The translations under genes were made by a program, and so were the position numbers. A stretch of DNA of 64,000 bases, taken from contig NC_043022.1 of NCBI RefSeq assembly GCF_006345805.1, positions 7,378,001-7,442,000 of the forward strand, given 5' to 3'. Below the pieces are notes generated by a model that was given only the letters and a program-made list of their open reading frames with translations, was not told the DNA's origin and searched no databases. The first letter of the stretch is position 1, and the number at the start of each line of letters is the position of its first letter. Below, piece by piece: positions 25,471 through 39,497 of this stretch. The stretch is from Octopus sinensis (Eukaryota).

Positions 25471-25782
25471 CGGATGGAATGCTTAGCGGTATTTAATAAA
25501 ACATTTTATGTTTCATTAATTTCTCTCCTTTCAGCTTCCTCTTTGATGAATATCTCTATCCGAAACGTTAGATTTTCCACCCCCAGAGCAAGTTTACTGA
25601 TTTTTAAAAATCGATTTCACTGCATAACATAAATTTGCTATATAACCCAAGGTTTAATCCAAGACAACCAAGATCACAAGAGCAACACTCATACATATGA
25701 TACCTCTTAGAGTCAGAATACATTCTCCCTATGTGTATATACATATTTGTGTGTATAAATGTATATTTATGTGTATATATAC

Positions 25783-25863
<81 letters not shown>

Positions 25864-26189
25864 GAGATAGACGCTTATATATAACACATACTTAATCGCA
25901 TGCATATGTCGAAATCTTAAATGAAAGCGTAGGAAATATATAAATTTAATAATTATGTTGGCTATTTATCGTGATTCTTTGGACAACAGGTGGTAATAAG
26001 CGAGCGTTATGATTGCAACTATGTTATATAATAAATGAAGATGGGAAGATAAATACGTACACTTTCAGGGACAATAGATGTTAATGAGGAAATTTAGGAT
26101 TGGTCTCTGCAGTAGTTTGTAATGATGTGAACAGCACAGCATGTCTGAAGTCTGCGATGTAATGTTTATTGATGTAGGAATAATGGAGG

Positions 26190-26211
26190 AGATTAGGAAC
26201 GTGGAGAGGAC

Positions 26212-26256
<45 letters not shown>

Positions 26257-26625
26257 AGAGTGAGAGAGGTAGATTACGTAGTTGGTAGAGGAGGCGATTG
26301 AAGAAGGGGAGGAATAGGAGAGGAAGGAGGAAAGCTTGAAAATGAGGAAGAGGTAGAAAGGAGGAGGTGAAGACGGTGATGGATGTGCAGGAGGAAGACG
26401 CGGGAGAAGGGAAGGGAAGAAGAAGAGCGGGTGGAGGGGTAAGTGATGTGGTAGAAGATGAGATACGGAGGAGGAGGGGAAGGAGAAGAAGGAGGCAGTG
26501 GAGGAGCAGGAAGAGGTGGAGGGAGAAGGAGGAGATGGAAAGGAGAAACAGGAGAGGAAGAGGAGGAGGTGGAGCAGCAGCAGGAGGAATAGGCTTAGTA
26601 GACGGAATGGAAGATGACATTAGGT
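26190..26625. repeat. AG/GGA-rich polypurine tract
   Basis: Directly visible. Confidence 0.9.
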
Positions 26626-26799
26626 AAACATGGTGAAGTTACGGGAATGTAAACAAACCAACACCAGTTGTCAAGAGGTCTGGGGGCAACAGACAGAAAA
26701 ACAAAGACACACACACATATTCGTATATCTGTATGCGCGCGCGCGTGTGTGTGTGCATAAATATATATCATTAGATATATTCATTCATACATATTCCTT

Positions 26800-26904
26800 C
26801 TTTTATTCTTTTATTTGGAGCACCGTCTTTAGTCGAGCAAATCTCTAGTACTTATTCTATCGGACGTAAACACGCCAGCGTCGGTTGTCAAGCGATGTTG
26901 GGGG

Positions 26905-26949
<45 letters not shown>

Positions 26950-27527
26950 ACATACACATATACATACACACATACATACACACACACATACATACATACA
27001 TACATACATACACACATACATACACACATACATACACACATACATACACACATACACACATACATACACACATACATACACACATACATACACACATACA
27101 TACACACATACATACACACATACATACATACATACATTCATACACACACACATACACACATACATACATACACATACATACATACATACACATACATACA
27201 TACATACATACATACATACACACATACATACATACACACATACACACATACATACATACACATACATACATACATACCTACATACATACATACACACATA
27301 CATACATACACACATACATACACATACATACACACATACATACACACATACATACACACATACATACATACATACATACATACATACATACATACATACA
27401 TCAGGCTTCTTTTCAGTTTCCGAGGCTATAGTGGAAGACACTTGCCCAAGGTGCCACGCAGTGGGACTGAACCCGGAACCATGTGGTTGGTAAGCAAATT
27501 ACTTACCGCACAGCCACTCCTGCGTCT
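26800..27527 (-). mobile_element. SINE family B with an expanded ~500-bp internal (CATA/CA) microsatellite
   Basis: SINE 3' half at 26800-26905 and 5' half at 27401-27527. Confidence 0.9.
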
Positions 27528-29283
27528 GTATACATATGTATGTATTTTTAAATATATAATTATAAAAATAGAATTATAATTAAGGACGCTGGAAAGCCAG
27601 CGCCTATACGCTAGAAGTAGATGTCAAATACCTATAATTCACTCTAAATTTGTTCTCTGTTTATAACCCAAGTTCGAATGCGAGGTAAAGAGCAAGAAGA
27701 TTTACAAAATAATCCTATATCTTATGATTTCGTGTTCTGGATAGGCTCGAAAAGGACGCACAAATAAATAAGAAATGATTAATATTTTTAAAAAATAGCT
27801 TTAGTTTTTTTTTCCATATTTTTACTAAATTTGTAACTTGAATATTATTTTCATTTTTCATCCAAAGCTATTTCACGTCTGGTGCTTCACGAAGTCAAAA
27901 CGATCGAGAGTTATTGCTTTACAGAAAAAAAAACTTCTTTCAAAAAACCCCCAAGAAAGAAAAGGAAAAACAAATTCCAAACTTGTAGGTCGTGGTTGGA
28001 AGAATTGCTTACACAAAGACAAGACAGGGCTAGACAATAACCGCAATAAAAACAACAAAAGCAAATGTGAATTCATTCAATCAAATATCTCTCGCCAACC
28101 CTAACATCCGAGTTACAGAATGACCCGTTACCGGAACTGAACATACGTAATTCCAAACCGAACTTCATACGAGTCATATCATCAATCATTGAAACCCCCC
28201 TACTGGAGCTGGATAAAGGTAGTGGTGTGAGGGTTGGAAATTTCAGGTGGTGAACGTGTGTGTAAGGGAGTCAGGTTATCATTTTTATCTTTCATTTTAC
28301 AGGTCATTGATTGAGATTCGCCATTTTGATAAGATTGTGCGTTAGTTGTTTGTTTTTGTTTTTTTTTTGGTTGTGAGGGGACTTTTTTTCTTTAGTTTTG
28401 CTTGCAACGGATGAGGGATGGGAATGGAGGATGGTTAGAAGAAGGAAGAAATAAAAACAAAGGATAGGAGGAAGAAGAAATTTAAAGAATAAAAAACTAA
28501 AAGAGAAACAAGAATAAAAAAAGCGGAAAGAAACAATAGGAGAATGAAAAAACAAAGCGAGAAAGATAAAGTGAAACAGAAGAAGAGAAAGAAAGGAAAG
28601 AAAAGGAGCGGGAAAACAGATAAAGAAGGAAAACAAAAGGAAGAATGAGAGACGGAATAGAAAACAGGAAAAAGGAAATTAGTGCATGTCTTTGCATTCC
28701 AAGTTCAAATACCAGCGAGGTCAAATTTGCCTTTCTTCCTTTCGAGGTCGATAAATGAATTACCTGTTCTGAGGATCACTTTATACTTCGTCAGGTTTGG
28801 GAGTTCCAGAGTATTGAGGAATGTGTTGGAACAGCCTCTTAGCTGCTGTTGTTTCCAAATCTATTAGGACCCAGAATAGGGGCACTCACTAAGGGTCTAA
28901 GCTGCAGGTTAATTAGATTAGCATGTCATGAATTACCTTCGGAGGACAATTGACAAGTCCCTTAACCCCTCGGATGTCTTTGGGGGTGTTGCAGCCATAC
29001 AGCATATCTAGGGCGAGAAAGCCTGGCGGAGCCCATCCCTCTCTGCATTTCTACAGCTGGAGCAACGTGAAGGGAAGAGTTTTGCTAAAGAACACAACGG
29101 ATCGCCTGATCCAGGGATCGAAACCACAAAGCGACGCACCTCCACTAGTGGTACTCATTTCTAAAACTAAACGGAAAACGACTTCCAGGCCGGATTCCAA
29201 AAGTTGTAGGAACGCTGGGATTGATGTATCGGTGCGCAAGATGACGATTTCGAAGGAGATGATGATAAAACTTAGGCAAATAT

Positions 29284-29462
29284 AGGCGTAGGAGTGGCTG
29301 TGTGGTAAGTAGCTTGCTTACCAACCACATGGTTCCGGGTTCAGTCCCACTGCGTGGCATCTTGAGCAGGTGTCTTCCACTATAGCATCGGGCCGACCAA
29401 AGCCTTGTGAGTGGATTTGGTAAACGGAAACTGAAAGAAGCCGTCGTGTATATGTATGTATG

Positions 29463-29548
<86 letters not shown>

Positions 29549-29783
29549 TGTGTATGTGTGTGTGTGTATACGCTTATGTGGTCAGTGTTTGTCCCCCAAC
29601 ATCGCTTGATAACCGATGCTGGTGTGTTTACGTCGCCGTCAGTTAGCGGTTCGGCAAAAGAGACCGATAGAATAAGTACTAGGTTTACAAAGAATAAGTC
29701 CTGGGTTCGATTTGCTCGATCGACTAAAGGCGGTGCTCCAGCATGGCCGCAGTCAAATGACTGAAACAAGTAAAAGAGTAAAT
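29284..29783 (+). mobile_element. Full-length SINE family B
   Basis: Head aggcgtaggagtggctgtgtggtaag...gggttcagtccc, internal (AT)(GT), tail ggcggtgctccagcatggccgcagtcaaatgactgaaacaagtaaaagag. Confidence 0.95.
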
Positions 29784-29869
29784 AAGCTACTTTTTATTCA
29801 ACATAACTAGTCATACCACCACTTTATATAGGACGAATCTTTTCTTTCTATCTTTCTGTTTGTATTCTC

Positions 29870-30215
29870 CTGCAAGACGCCAGATCTATTCAGACCCAGA
29901 GAGGGACCGGCTTTACTATATCGAAAATATATGGGAAATTACCACCTGTGTCATCTCTTGTGAAAGGTAGGAGAGTCCAGTTTGCTGGACATTGTTGTAG
30001 AGCTGAAAAAGAAGTAATTTCTACTCTTCTCCTCTGGAAGCCATCTACTCGCAACACCAGAGGGCGCACACTCTCCTACCCTGATGTAATCTCCAGGGAT
30101 ACAGGCATCCAGCAACAGGACCTCCGTAATGCTATGATGGACCGTGAAGTCTGGCGCAACATGGTAAATTCCATTGTCTCCACCACGGTCGAACAATGAT
30201 GAATGATGACTATAT
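29870..30215 (+). mobile_element. RTE-like LINE 3' end
   Basis: RRVQFAGHCCRAEKE...LLWKP...RGR...DREVWR motifs, stop at 30199, short (TGA)n tail. Confidence 0.85.
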
Positions 30216-30519
30216 CGAAAGAATTCTCAGGACACAACAGGACAAGTTTTCCTAATTCACAAAGTGCGGTGTACCACACTGTGTGAATTTTTTTCACTGG
30301 TAATTGGTAAATCCATCAAGTCAAACATGAAGAACAACAAAGAGACTTAAAACAAATTATTGTTACTTGACACGGCGTTATTAAACGAGTTAATTCGTTT
30401 CAAATTAACCACATCAGAAGGTTTCTCATTTAATTAAGCTTTATATTTTAAATATGATGTAAATCCTTTTTTAAATGGAAGCCAGTAGATTACACCACAT
30501 TACACGCACGTACACACAC

Positions 30520-31265
30520 CCATCTATGTATGTGTGTATGTATATATGTAGATATGTTCCGTCTTTCATTTACCATATATACATATTTATACATATATAT
30601 ATATATATTCATATATTATCATATATATGTACATATGTAGGTATATATGTATGTATACATATATCTATATATGTGTGTGTATATATATATATATATATAC
30701 GTATGTATATGTATATATATATGTATATGTATATATATATGTGTGCATATATATATATGTATTATATGTATATATATGTATATATATATATATATATATA
30801 TAATATATGTATATATATATAAAAGTATATGTATATAAAGAATATATGTATATATATATAATATATGGATATATAAGATATGTATATATATAAGTATATG
30901 TATATATATATAATATATATATTATATATATAGATATAATATATGTATATATATAAGTTATATATATATATATATATATATAATATAATGTATGCATATA
31001 TATATATAATATAATATATGTATTAATATATAGTATATGCATATATATATATATACTATAGTATATATATATAGTATATGTATATATAGTATATGTATAT
31101 ATATGATATATGTATGTATATATTATATATGTATGTATATATAATATATGTTTATGTATATATATGATATATGTATGTATGTATATATATATGATTATCG
31201 TATGTATAATATTATAATATACAGTATATGTATATATATAATATATAGTATATGCATATATATAG

Positions 31266-31345
<80 letters not shown>
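30520..31345. repeat. (AT)-rich microsatellite
   Basis: Directly visible. Confidence 0.95.
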
Positions 31346-31350
<5 letters not shown>

Positions 31351-31687
31351 GTAGAGTGAAAAAACGACAGAGGCTTGAATGTTAAAAAATATATATTTGC
31401 GTCAATATGTCTGAAGAATATTAGAAAATTAAAAAACAAATTTTTTCCTCCTTATAATGACATAATTAAAAGAAATACCGGTTTCGCGTGTAGCTTTTCA
31501 AATTTCTTGTGACGTCACAAGAAATTTGAAAAGCTACACGCGAAACCGGTTATTCTTTTAATTTATGTCATTATAAGGAGGAAAAAAATTTTTTTTTTAA
31601 TTTTCTAATATTCTTCAGACGTATTGACGCAAATATATATATTTTTTAACATTCAAGCCTTCTGTCGTTTTTTCACTCTACTATTTT
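31345..31687. repeat. Loopless palindrome with ~170-bp arms
   Basis: Centre ttcttgtgac|gtcacaagaa at 31513/31514; ends aaaatagtagagtg / cactctactatttt. Confidence 0.97.
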
Positions 31688-32034
31688 CTATATATTCACC
31701 CACGTGCTTTCACAAACCAACTTTCTTATCCATATATATATATATATATATATAATATATATAAATAAATAGAGAGAGAGAGATAGAGAGAGAGATAGTC
31801 CCGTTGTGAGGATGTTTCCATTCCTGGACCGAGCGATGCGTTGTATTCTTGAATAAAACCGTCCTTTATACGTTACGTCAGCCTTCTCAGCACTTTGCTA
31901 AAGATATGTAACAGGCCAAATCATTTCTAAGGTTGCCCTTTTACCTGCTCAGAGATGTCTGGCATTTCCTAGATATGAATATTAACTTTGAGTAACCCAC
32001 TCTCAACATATTACGCATAATATACATACGTTAC

Positions 32035-33480
32035 ATCAAGGCGACGAAATAGCAGAATCATTAGCACTTGAGGCAAAACGCTGAGCGGCCTTTCGTCTGT
32101 TTTTACATTCTGAGTTCAAATTTCACCGATGTCCACATTGTTTTTTTTTCCTTTCAGGGTCGATGAAATAATTTCCATGTCTTTGTTATAAATAATGTAC
32201 ACAGCATAACATTTATGGAATACTCGAGTCTTAATATACTGGTTTCAAATATTTGCACAAGGCCAAAAGTTTTGGGGGAGGCGGTAAGTCGATTACATTA
32301 GCCCCAGTGCTCAGTTGGTATTTATTTAATTGGCCCCTAAAGGATGAAAGGTAAGGTCGACCTCGACGGGATTTGAACACAGAGCTTGAGAACAGACGTA
32401 ATGGCACTAAGGATTTCGTCCGGCCGGCAAACGATTCTGTCAGCGCGCCGCCTTGGCGTGATTCTTAATCTATTAATTCATTTAAGGCGGCGAGCTGGGT
32501 GAAACGTTAGCACGCCGGGCGAAATGCGTAGCCGTATTTCGTCTGTCTTTACGTTCTGTGTTCAAATTCCACCGAAGTCGACTTTGCCTTTCATCCTTTC
32601 GGGTCGATAAATTACGTACCAGTTACGCACTGGGGTCGATATAATCGACTTAATCCGTTTTTGTCTGTTCTTGTTTATCCTCTCTGTGTTTAGCCCCTTG
32701 TGGGTAGTAAAGAAATAGGTATTTCGTCTGCCGCTACGTTCTGAGTTCAAATTCCGCCCAGGTCGACTTTGTCTTCCATCCTTTCGAGGTCGATTAAATA
32801 AGTACCAGTTACGCACAGAGGGCGATATAATCGACTTAATCCGCTTGTCTGTTCTTGTTTATCCTCTCTGTGTTTAGCCACTTGTGGGTAGTAAAAGAAA
32901 TAGGTATTTCGTCTGCCGCTATGTTCTGAGTTCAAATTCCGCCCAGGTCGACATTGCCTTTCATCCTTTCGGGGTCGATTAAATAAGTACCAGTTACACA
33001 CTGGGGTCTATATAGTCGATTTAGTCCGTTTGTCTGTCCTTGCTTGTCTCCTCTGTGTTTAGCCCCTTGTGGGTAGTACCAGTTACGCACCAGCGCCAGA
33101 CAAAATGTTTAGCGGCATTTTTATCTGTCTTTATGTTCTGAGTTCAAATTCCGTCGACGCTGACTTTGAATCACCCTTTCGGGATCGATAGAATAAGTAC
33201 CAGTAGAAACATCGGGGGCCAATGTAACTGGCTTGCTCCTCCCTTAAAATTGCCGGCCTTGTACCAAAATTTGAGATCAATACATTAATATAAATTCAAA
33301 CGGTGAGCTCTCAGAATCATCAACGTGCCGGATAAAATGTTTTGACAGCATTCCATCCGCCTTTTTCATGAGTTCACATTTCAACAAGGTCGACCTTGAT
33401 TTTTATACTTTCGGGGTCAATAAAATATGTACCAGCAGAGTACTGAGGTCGCTTTAATCGACATATCGCTTCCCCCAATA
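32035..33480 (+). mobile_element. Cluster and tandem array of SINE family A
   Basis: ~185-bp units restarting at 32718 and 32903 after gtaaagaaata, with degenerate flanking copies. Confidence 0.9.
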
Positions 33481-34194
33481 TTGCTGGCCTTGTGCATAAA
33501 GTGAAAGCGGTCGCTAGATTTATTATTGTATTCTCTGAAGAAAATCTCAAAGCTTAATAAGTTAAAAGTGCTTTGACCAGACACGCTGAGTACGTTGCGC
33601 TTTCTCTTTATCATTTCAGTCTTTGGAGATGTAATTGCTGGATTACAGCTTAGGGAAAGGTTAAATTAACATATAATTAAATTTAATCTCACTGTATTTG
33701 TCGAATTTAACTCCAATACAGCGAAAACTATATATAATCTATATTTTATACACTGCTTGCTTTTGAAATAATCTCATATATATTTTTTAATTGGGGTATA
33801 TAGAAATAGAACAATGAAACCCACACATATACGTGCATATTATATATACGTCATATATATATATATATATATATATATACGTCATATATATAGATACGTA
33901 TATAATATATACATAGATATATATACATAGATATATATACGTATATATGTACATATATACACATATATGTATATATATGTACACATACACACACACATAT
34001 ATATATACACACATAAGTGTATATGCATAGGTAAGTGTGTGTGTTTGTGTGTATATACTGATATATGCATATCTACGTACGCTCACTTCTATATATAACA
34101 TATTAACATACGCATATTCTGTAGACACAGACACAAACACAAACACACACACACACACAAACATATATATGTTTGTGCGTGTGTGTGCATATAG

Positions 34195-34790
34195 CTGCAG
34201 GAGTGGCTATGTGGTAAAAAATTTGGTTTCCCAACAACAGTTCCGGGCTCAGTCTTACTGCGTGGTACCTTGCGCAAGTATCCTCTATCATGTAGCCTCA
34301 AGTCAACAAGAAACTTGTCAGTGGATTTAGTAGACGGACACATATATATATATATAATATACATAATATATATATATATGTGTGTGTGTGTGTATATGTA
34401 CATATATATATGTATATATAATGCATATTTAGTAGACGGAAACTGAAAGAAGCCCATCGTATGTATATAGATATATATATGTGTATATATATCTATATAT
34501 ATATATATAATATATATATATATTATATATATAATATACATAATATATATACATGTGTGTGTGTGTGTATATGTATATTATATATGTAATATATATATGC
34601 TATTTAGTATGTATATAGATATATATATGTATATATATATATATCATATATATATATAATATATATATATAATCTACATAATAATTATACATGTGTGTGT
34701 GTGTGTATACGTATATATATGTATATATATATGCATATTTAGTAGACGGAAACTGAAGAAGCCCATTATATGTATATAGATATATATATG
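34195..34790 (+). repeat. SINE B 5' part followed by tandem units of microsatellite plus SINE B fragment
   Basis: gcatatttagtagacggaaactgaa(a)gaagccc at ~34424 and ~34733. Confidence 0.85.
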
Positions 34791-35399
34791 TACGTTTAAA
34801 TATTTGTTGTGCAAGATTTTTTATGTGAAGTCGTATGTTGAAACAGATATTATAGGGAGAACCGACAAACAAACACACACACAGATAGCCATAGTCACAA
34901 AGACACGAATAAAAGTTGTGTCATAGGGGTCACGATGGAGAATAAAGTTGAATGCAACAGGATCCTTGGACAGGGAGTCAGCGGACTTGAAACAGATAAC
35001 AATACTCATAGGAACAAAAATAACGACCGCAACAGGGGGAATGACAGGGACCAACAGACAGACATAAAACCCAACACTAATATAAACAACACATATACCA
35101 GAAACAGGAACAATGAATATATCACTAGCGATGATAGTAATAATGGCAATAGTAGGAATAAAGGTAATAAAATAATAGTGGAAGTAGTAGTGGTGATGGT
35201 AACAGTAGAAGTAGTAATGAGGATAGTAGTGATAGTTGTGGTGGTGTAATAGGAATACTAGTAGTAGTAGTAGTGGTAATGGTGATAATAATAATAGGAA
35301 GGCTGATGTTGGAAACAGTAACGATAATGAAGATAACCCTAGAGAGACCATGACATGTATACCCATCCCTTTGACACTCAATTCTCAACGTATGCGACA

Positions 35400-37730
35400 A
35401 AACTTACTGCATGAACTGAATTTATCCAACAACATTACCCTTCAACAAAAGAGTATACATCCCAAGACGTACTAATGACCACATGGAAGCACAGTTCACT
35501 ATAGCTAGGACCAAACTTAGACAGATTTTAGGATTATACATTAAGAGACAGAGACAGAATAAGACAGATGCCCAACAACTCGGGATTAAACCTTCATGTG
35601 GCCTACAGAAGCTCATTCAGCGCACGAGGAACGGAGAGGTGATATGCCTTCCCACGGATAAGTCCGGCAGGATGTCAATAGACAGCTTACCGAACTACAT
35701 CCAGGCAATGCAACCTCATATTGCCAATACAAAAGTAACAACTGTTAAGGCGCATGAGGAGAGAGAAAAGGTCCTCAATGCCCACATGATGATGTGGACA
35801 ATTGTTCTAGGACCTCAGAAAGTACTGCAAAGAATTTCCAAGCCTGGAACAATGATATCCCGGCACTGTATGGACTTCGCAAGGACCATAAAGGTTTTAC
35901 TGACCCTATAGCAGGACCACCAACAAGACCAGTCTGTGGAGCGAATATCGCTAGCAATTACAGAATCTCCTACTTCCTCTCAATGATCATACGCCCTATA
36001 ATCAGGATGTCACCTGATGTGTGTGACAGCACAGAAGATCTCCTAAGCAGGATAAGTGACTGTAACAAAACTTGTGACTTGACAGGATGTATAGTAGGTA
36101 GCATGGATGTGGTATCCCTATACCCATCGATTGACGTAGATTTTGCAGTGGAGATGATCAACGAGAGCCAGGTGGAGTTCTGTAATGTCGACACAGAAGA
36201 ACTGGGCCTCCTACATAGACTGACATATAATAGTGAATACTTAGATAAACATAATCTTAGTAGTTTCTGCCCCAGTAGATGTTTAAGAGGTAGACCGCCT
36301 ACAATTACTTCTATGGCTAGGAAGACACATATAGAAAGATGGCGCGGATGGACCAGAGCCATACGGAGCCCCGCAAATGTCCATCAGGTAAAGAAAATGA
36401 TCGCACATGCACTAGGAGCTAGTATAAGAGTTACCCTAAAAGGCCACATATTTAAATTTAATAAAACATATATGCCCAGGACGAGGGGGCAGCCATCGGT
36501 GTTAGTATCGCTGGTGATGTGGCCAACCTCTTCATGGTATGGTGGGACAGAAGGCTTAAAGAATGCCTACTGCAGAAATCCATACTCGTAACATGTACTC
36601 TCGCTATGTTGATGATATCAATATAGTAGTAAAGGCACCCCCAAGAGAGTAATGTTGATATAGTAATAGAAACTAAACTATGGAGAGCATCCAGCAAATA
36701 GCTAACTCCATCCACCAGAGTATTAAGGTCACAATAGACTACCCCACTAAACACCCCAACATAGACTACCAGTACTAGACACTGAACTCTGGCTAGAAAT
36801 TGTGAAAAATAAAACCCAAATCCTTCATTCATACTATGCAAAACCTATGGCCTCAAAATACCTGATCCACCGATCTCAGCCATTGCGGGCAATGCCAAAT
36901 TCAAATTTTGATGGCAGACCTCGTCAGAATAATGAGAAATGTGTCACGCATGTGCGAGCCTACAGAATTAAGAGACACATACAGTATTTCATTACCGCAT
37001 GCAGTTCTCAGGTTACAGCCATAAAGAAAAGGTCAGAGATACAAAGGAGCCATGAAGAAATTTGATAATATATTATGTAATGATAGGAATGGGATTTGCC
37101 CACTCTATAGGAACAAGTCATGGAACACTATAGAAAGGACAAAAAAGAAAATAGGGAAGGCCAACTCTTGGTATGATAGCCATAAATACCAGAGTGTCAT
37201 GTTCGTTGACACCACCCCTGGAGGTGAACTGGCGTACCGCTTAGAAGGACCCTAGATAAACTTAAACTAAGAATTAAGTTGTTGAAAAGCCAGGCAACCC
37301 TATCAGATCTATAATTGGTAGAAGCTATCCTTTTAGTAGAACTCTCTGTACGGATAACTATTGCACTGTATGTAGATTTAGCCCACAAACAAACTGTAAA
37401 GCCAGAAATGTGGTCTATAGTATAAGATGTAAAGAGGGACGATGCAGTAACAAGACAGTAACATACGTAGGGGAAACAGCAAGAAGCATTGGTGAGCGGG
37501 TGAATGAACATTGGAGACAACTCAAGGAAGGTAAAAGCTCATCGATTCTGTACCAACACGCTGAACAAGAACACGGGGGATCAATCAATAACATAGAGAT
37601 TAAGATATTGTCCACACATAGAACAGATGCAACAATTAGCCAAATTACAGAAGCTACACATATAATAGAAAATAAACCTAGCCTGAATAGAAAACTAGAA
37701 TGGAGCAATAGCGCACACCACAACATATGA
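35400..37730 (+). pseudogene. PLE polyprotein (RT, thumb, Cys linker, GIY-YIG endonuclease) split over several frames
   Basis: ORF track pieces 35483-35911, 35794-36591, 36802-37065, 37052-37255 and 37410-37730 join through 1-nt shifts. Confidence 0.9.
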
Positions 37731-37840
37731 CGATAGTGGATCCTGCAAACATAATAAATACACAGATAATAAAGAAATAGAAATGAATAACTATATATAT
37801 GTATATGTGTATGTATGTGTTTATAGTGTGTGTATATATG

Positions 37841-37871
<31 letters not shown>

Positions 37872-37882
37872 GTATATATATG

Positions 37883-37918
<36 letters not shown>

Positions 37919-38241
37919 TATTTTTTTTTTTTCAATTAGATTTATTATTATTATTACTAATATTGTTGTTATACATACATACAAGCATATGTAATGATAA
38001 TAATGGGTGGATGTAAACACATGAACAAAATTAGAACAAAAGCAACAACAACAAAAACAAAATACAAATTACAAGAATGTATATAACCGAAGATACAAAT
38101 ATTACAGACATCCCCCCCACACACACACTAAATAAACATAGACGCACATAGAGATAAGCATGCGCAAATGAAGACATACATAGAAATACAAAATGGCTGA
38201 CGGTTAGTAAGGAGAGACACAAGTAAGTGAGAGAAAACAAA

Positions 38242-38285
38242 GGACCACTGATGCGGTCACCGAGTGTGACGAAAGAACTTTGGCC
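38242..38285 (+). ncRNA. Degenerate hammerhead-like motif in the PLE 3' region
   Basis: GGACCA-CTGATGCG-GTCAC-CGAGT-GTGAC-GAA-AGAACT-T-TGGCC, with aataaa ~25 nt downstream; core deviates from CTGANGA. Confidence 0.45.
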
Positions 38286-38424
38286 GAAATAAGATTAAGA
38301 TTAATGTAAAAATAAATATCACTGAAGCAAAATAATACCAAATATATAGTGCGTGTGTTTTTATTGGCTAAACTGGCAATATGACCATTCCGAAATATAA
38401 CAAGATATATATATGTATATACAT

Positions 38425-38456
<32 letters not shown>

Positions 38457-38584
38457 ATATAATATACATAATATATATATGTGTGTGTGTGTATATGTAT
38501 ATAATATATTATTATATATGCATATTTAGTAGACGGAAACTGAAAGAAGCCCATCGTATGTATTATAAAATTATATATGTATAT

Positions 38585-38914
38585 ATAATAGTTATCGCCA
38601 TACTAATATGGCATTCTTATAAAAATAAGAAAAAAGCTGTCCGCTTATTAGCTCCATGAGGCCATCGCCTTAAGTTAGCTATTTGTACACAAACTGTATC
38701 CAATAACCTTCACAAAGGGAGGTCAGTCGCTCCACACTACTTGTAGCTGCCGGTCAAGTAGTGTGGAGCGACTGACCTCCCTTGTTCGAGGTTATATGGA
38801 TACAGTTTGTGTATCAAATAGCTAACTTAAGGCGATGGCCTCATGGAGCTAATAAGCGGACAGCTTTTTTCTTATTTTATAAGAATGCCATATTAGTATG
38901 GCGATAACTATTAT
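38585..38914. repeat. Long hairpin palindrome, ~160-bp arms, 11-nt loop (copy 1)
   Basis: Centre ccacactacttg-tagctgccggt-caagtagtgtgg. Confidence 0.95.
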
Positions 38915-39004
38915 TTTCGGGAACGCTGCCGCTGTTCTCTTTAGAGAGAATTAGTTATTTAAATATTTCTATTATGTATATATACACATATATATATATA
39001 TATA

Positions 39005-39044
<40 letters not shown>

Positions 39045-39164
39045 CATATAATATATATATAGGTGTGTGTGTGTATATGTATATATATATATGTATATAT
39101 AATGCATATTAGTAGACGGAAACTGAAAGAGCCCATCGTATGTATATAAATATATTATGTATAT

Positions 39165-39497
39165 ATAATAGTTATCGCCATACTAATATGGCATTCTTAT
39201 AAATAAGAAAAAAGCTGTCCGCTTATTAGCTCCATGAGGCCATCGCCTTAAGTTAGCTATTTGATACACAAACTGTATCCATATAACCTTCGAACAAGGG
39301 AGGTCAGTCGCTCCACACTACTTGTAGCTGCCGGTCAAGTAGTGTGGAGCGACTGACCTCCCTTGTTCGAAGGTTATATGGATACAGTTTGTGTATCAAA
39401 TAGCTAACTTAAGGCGATGGCCTCATGGAGCTAATAAGCGGACAGCTTTTTTCTTATTTTTATAAGAATGCCATATTAGTATGGCGATAACTATTAT
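39165..39497. repeat. Long hairpin palindrome (copy 2, tandem with copy 1)
   Basis: Same sequence and same ~60-bp unpaired tail gggaacgctgccgctgttctctttagagag. Confidence 0.95.

Larger units (their letters stand above)
34800..38405 (+). mobile_element. Penelope-like retroelement (RT plus GIY-YIG), frameshifted; boundaries approximate
   Basis: LPTDKSGR; LYGLRKDHK...RPV; SMDVVSLYPSID; GAAIGVSIAGDVANLFM; YSRYVDD (36596-36616); LPVLD; YYAKP; Cys-rich linker CTDNYCTVC...C; NVVYSIRC...YVGETARSIGERVNEH...EATHI...PSLN. Confidence 0.95.

Noticed and set aside
27878-27912. Hammerhead remnant ctggtgcttcacgaagtcaaaacgatcg
   Set aside because: Needs at least three core changes and stem I does not pair
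38835-38870. Hammerhead within the 38.6-kb palindrome arm (cctcatggagctaataagcggacagct)
   Set aside because: Core too degenerate to support without a consensus
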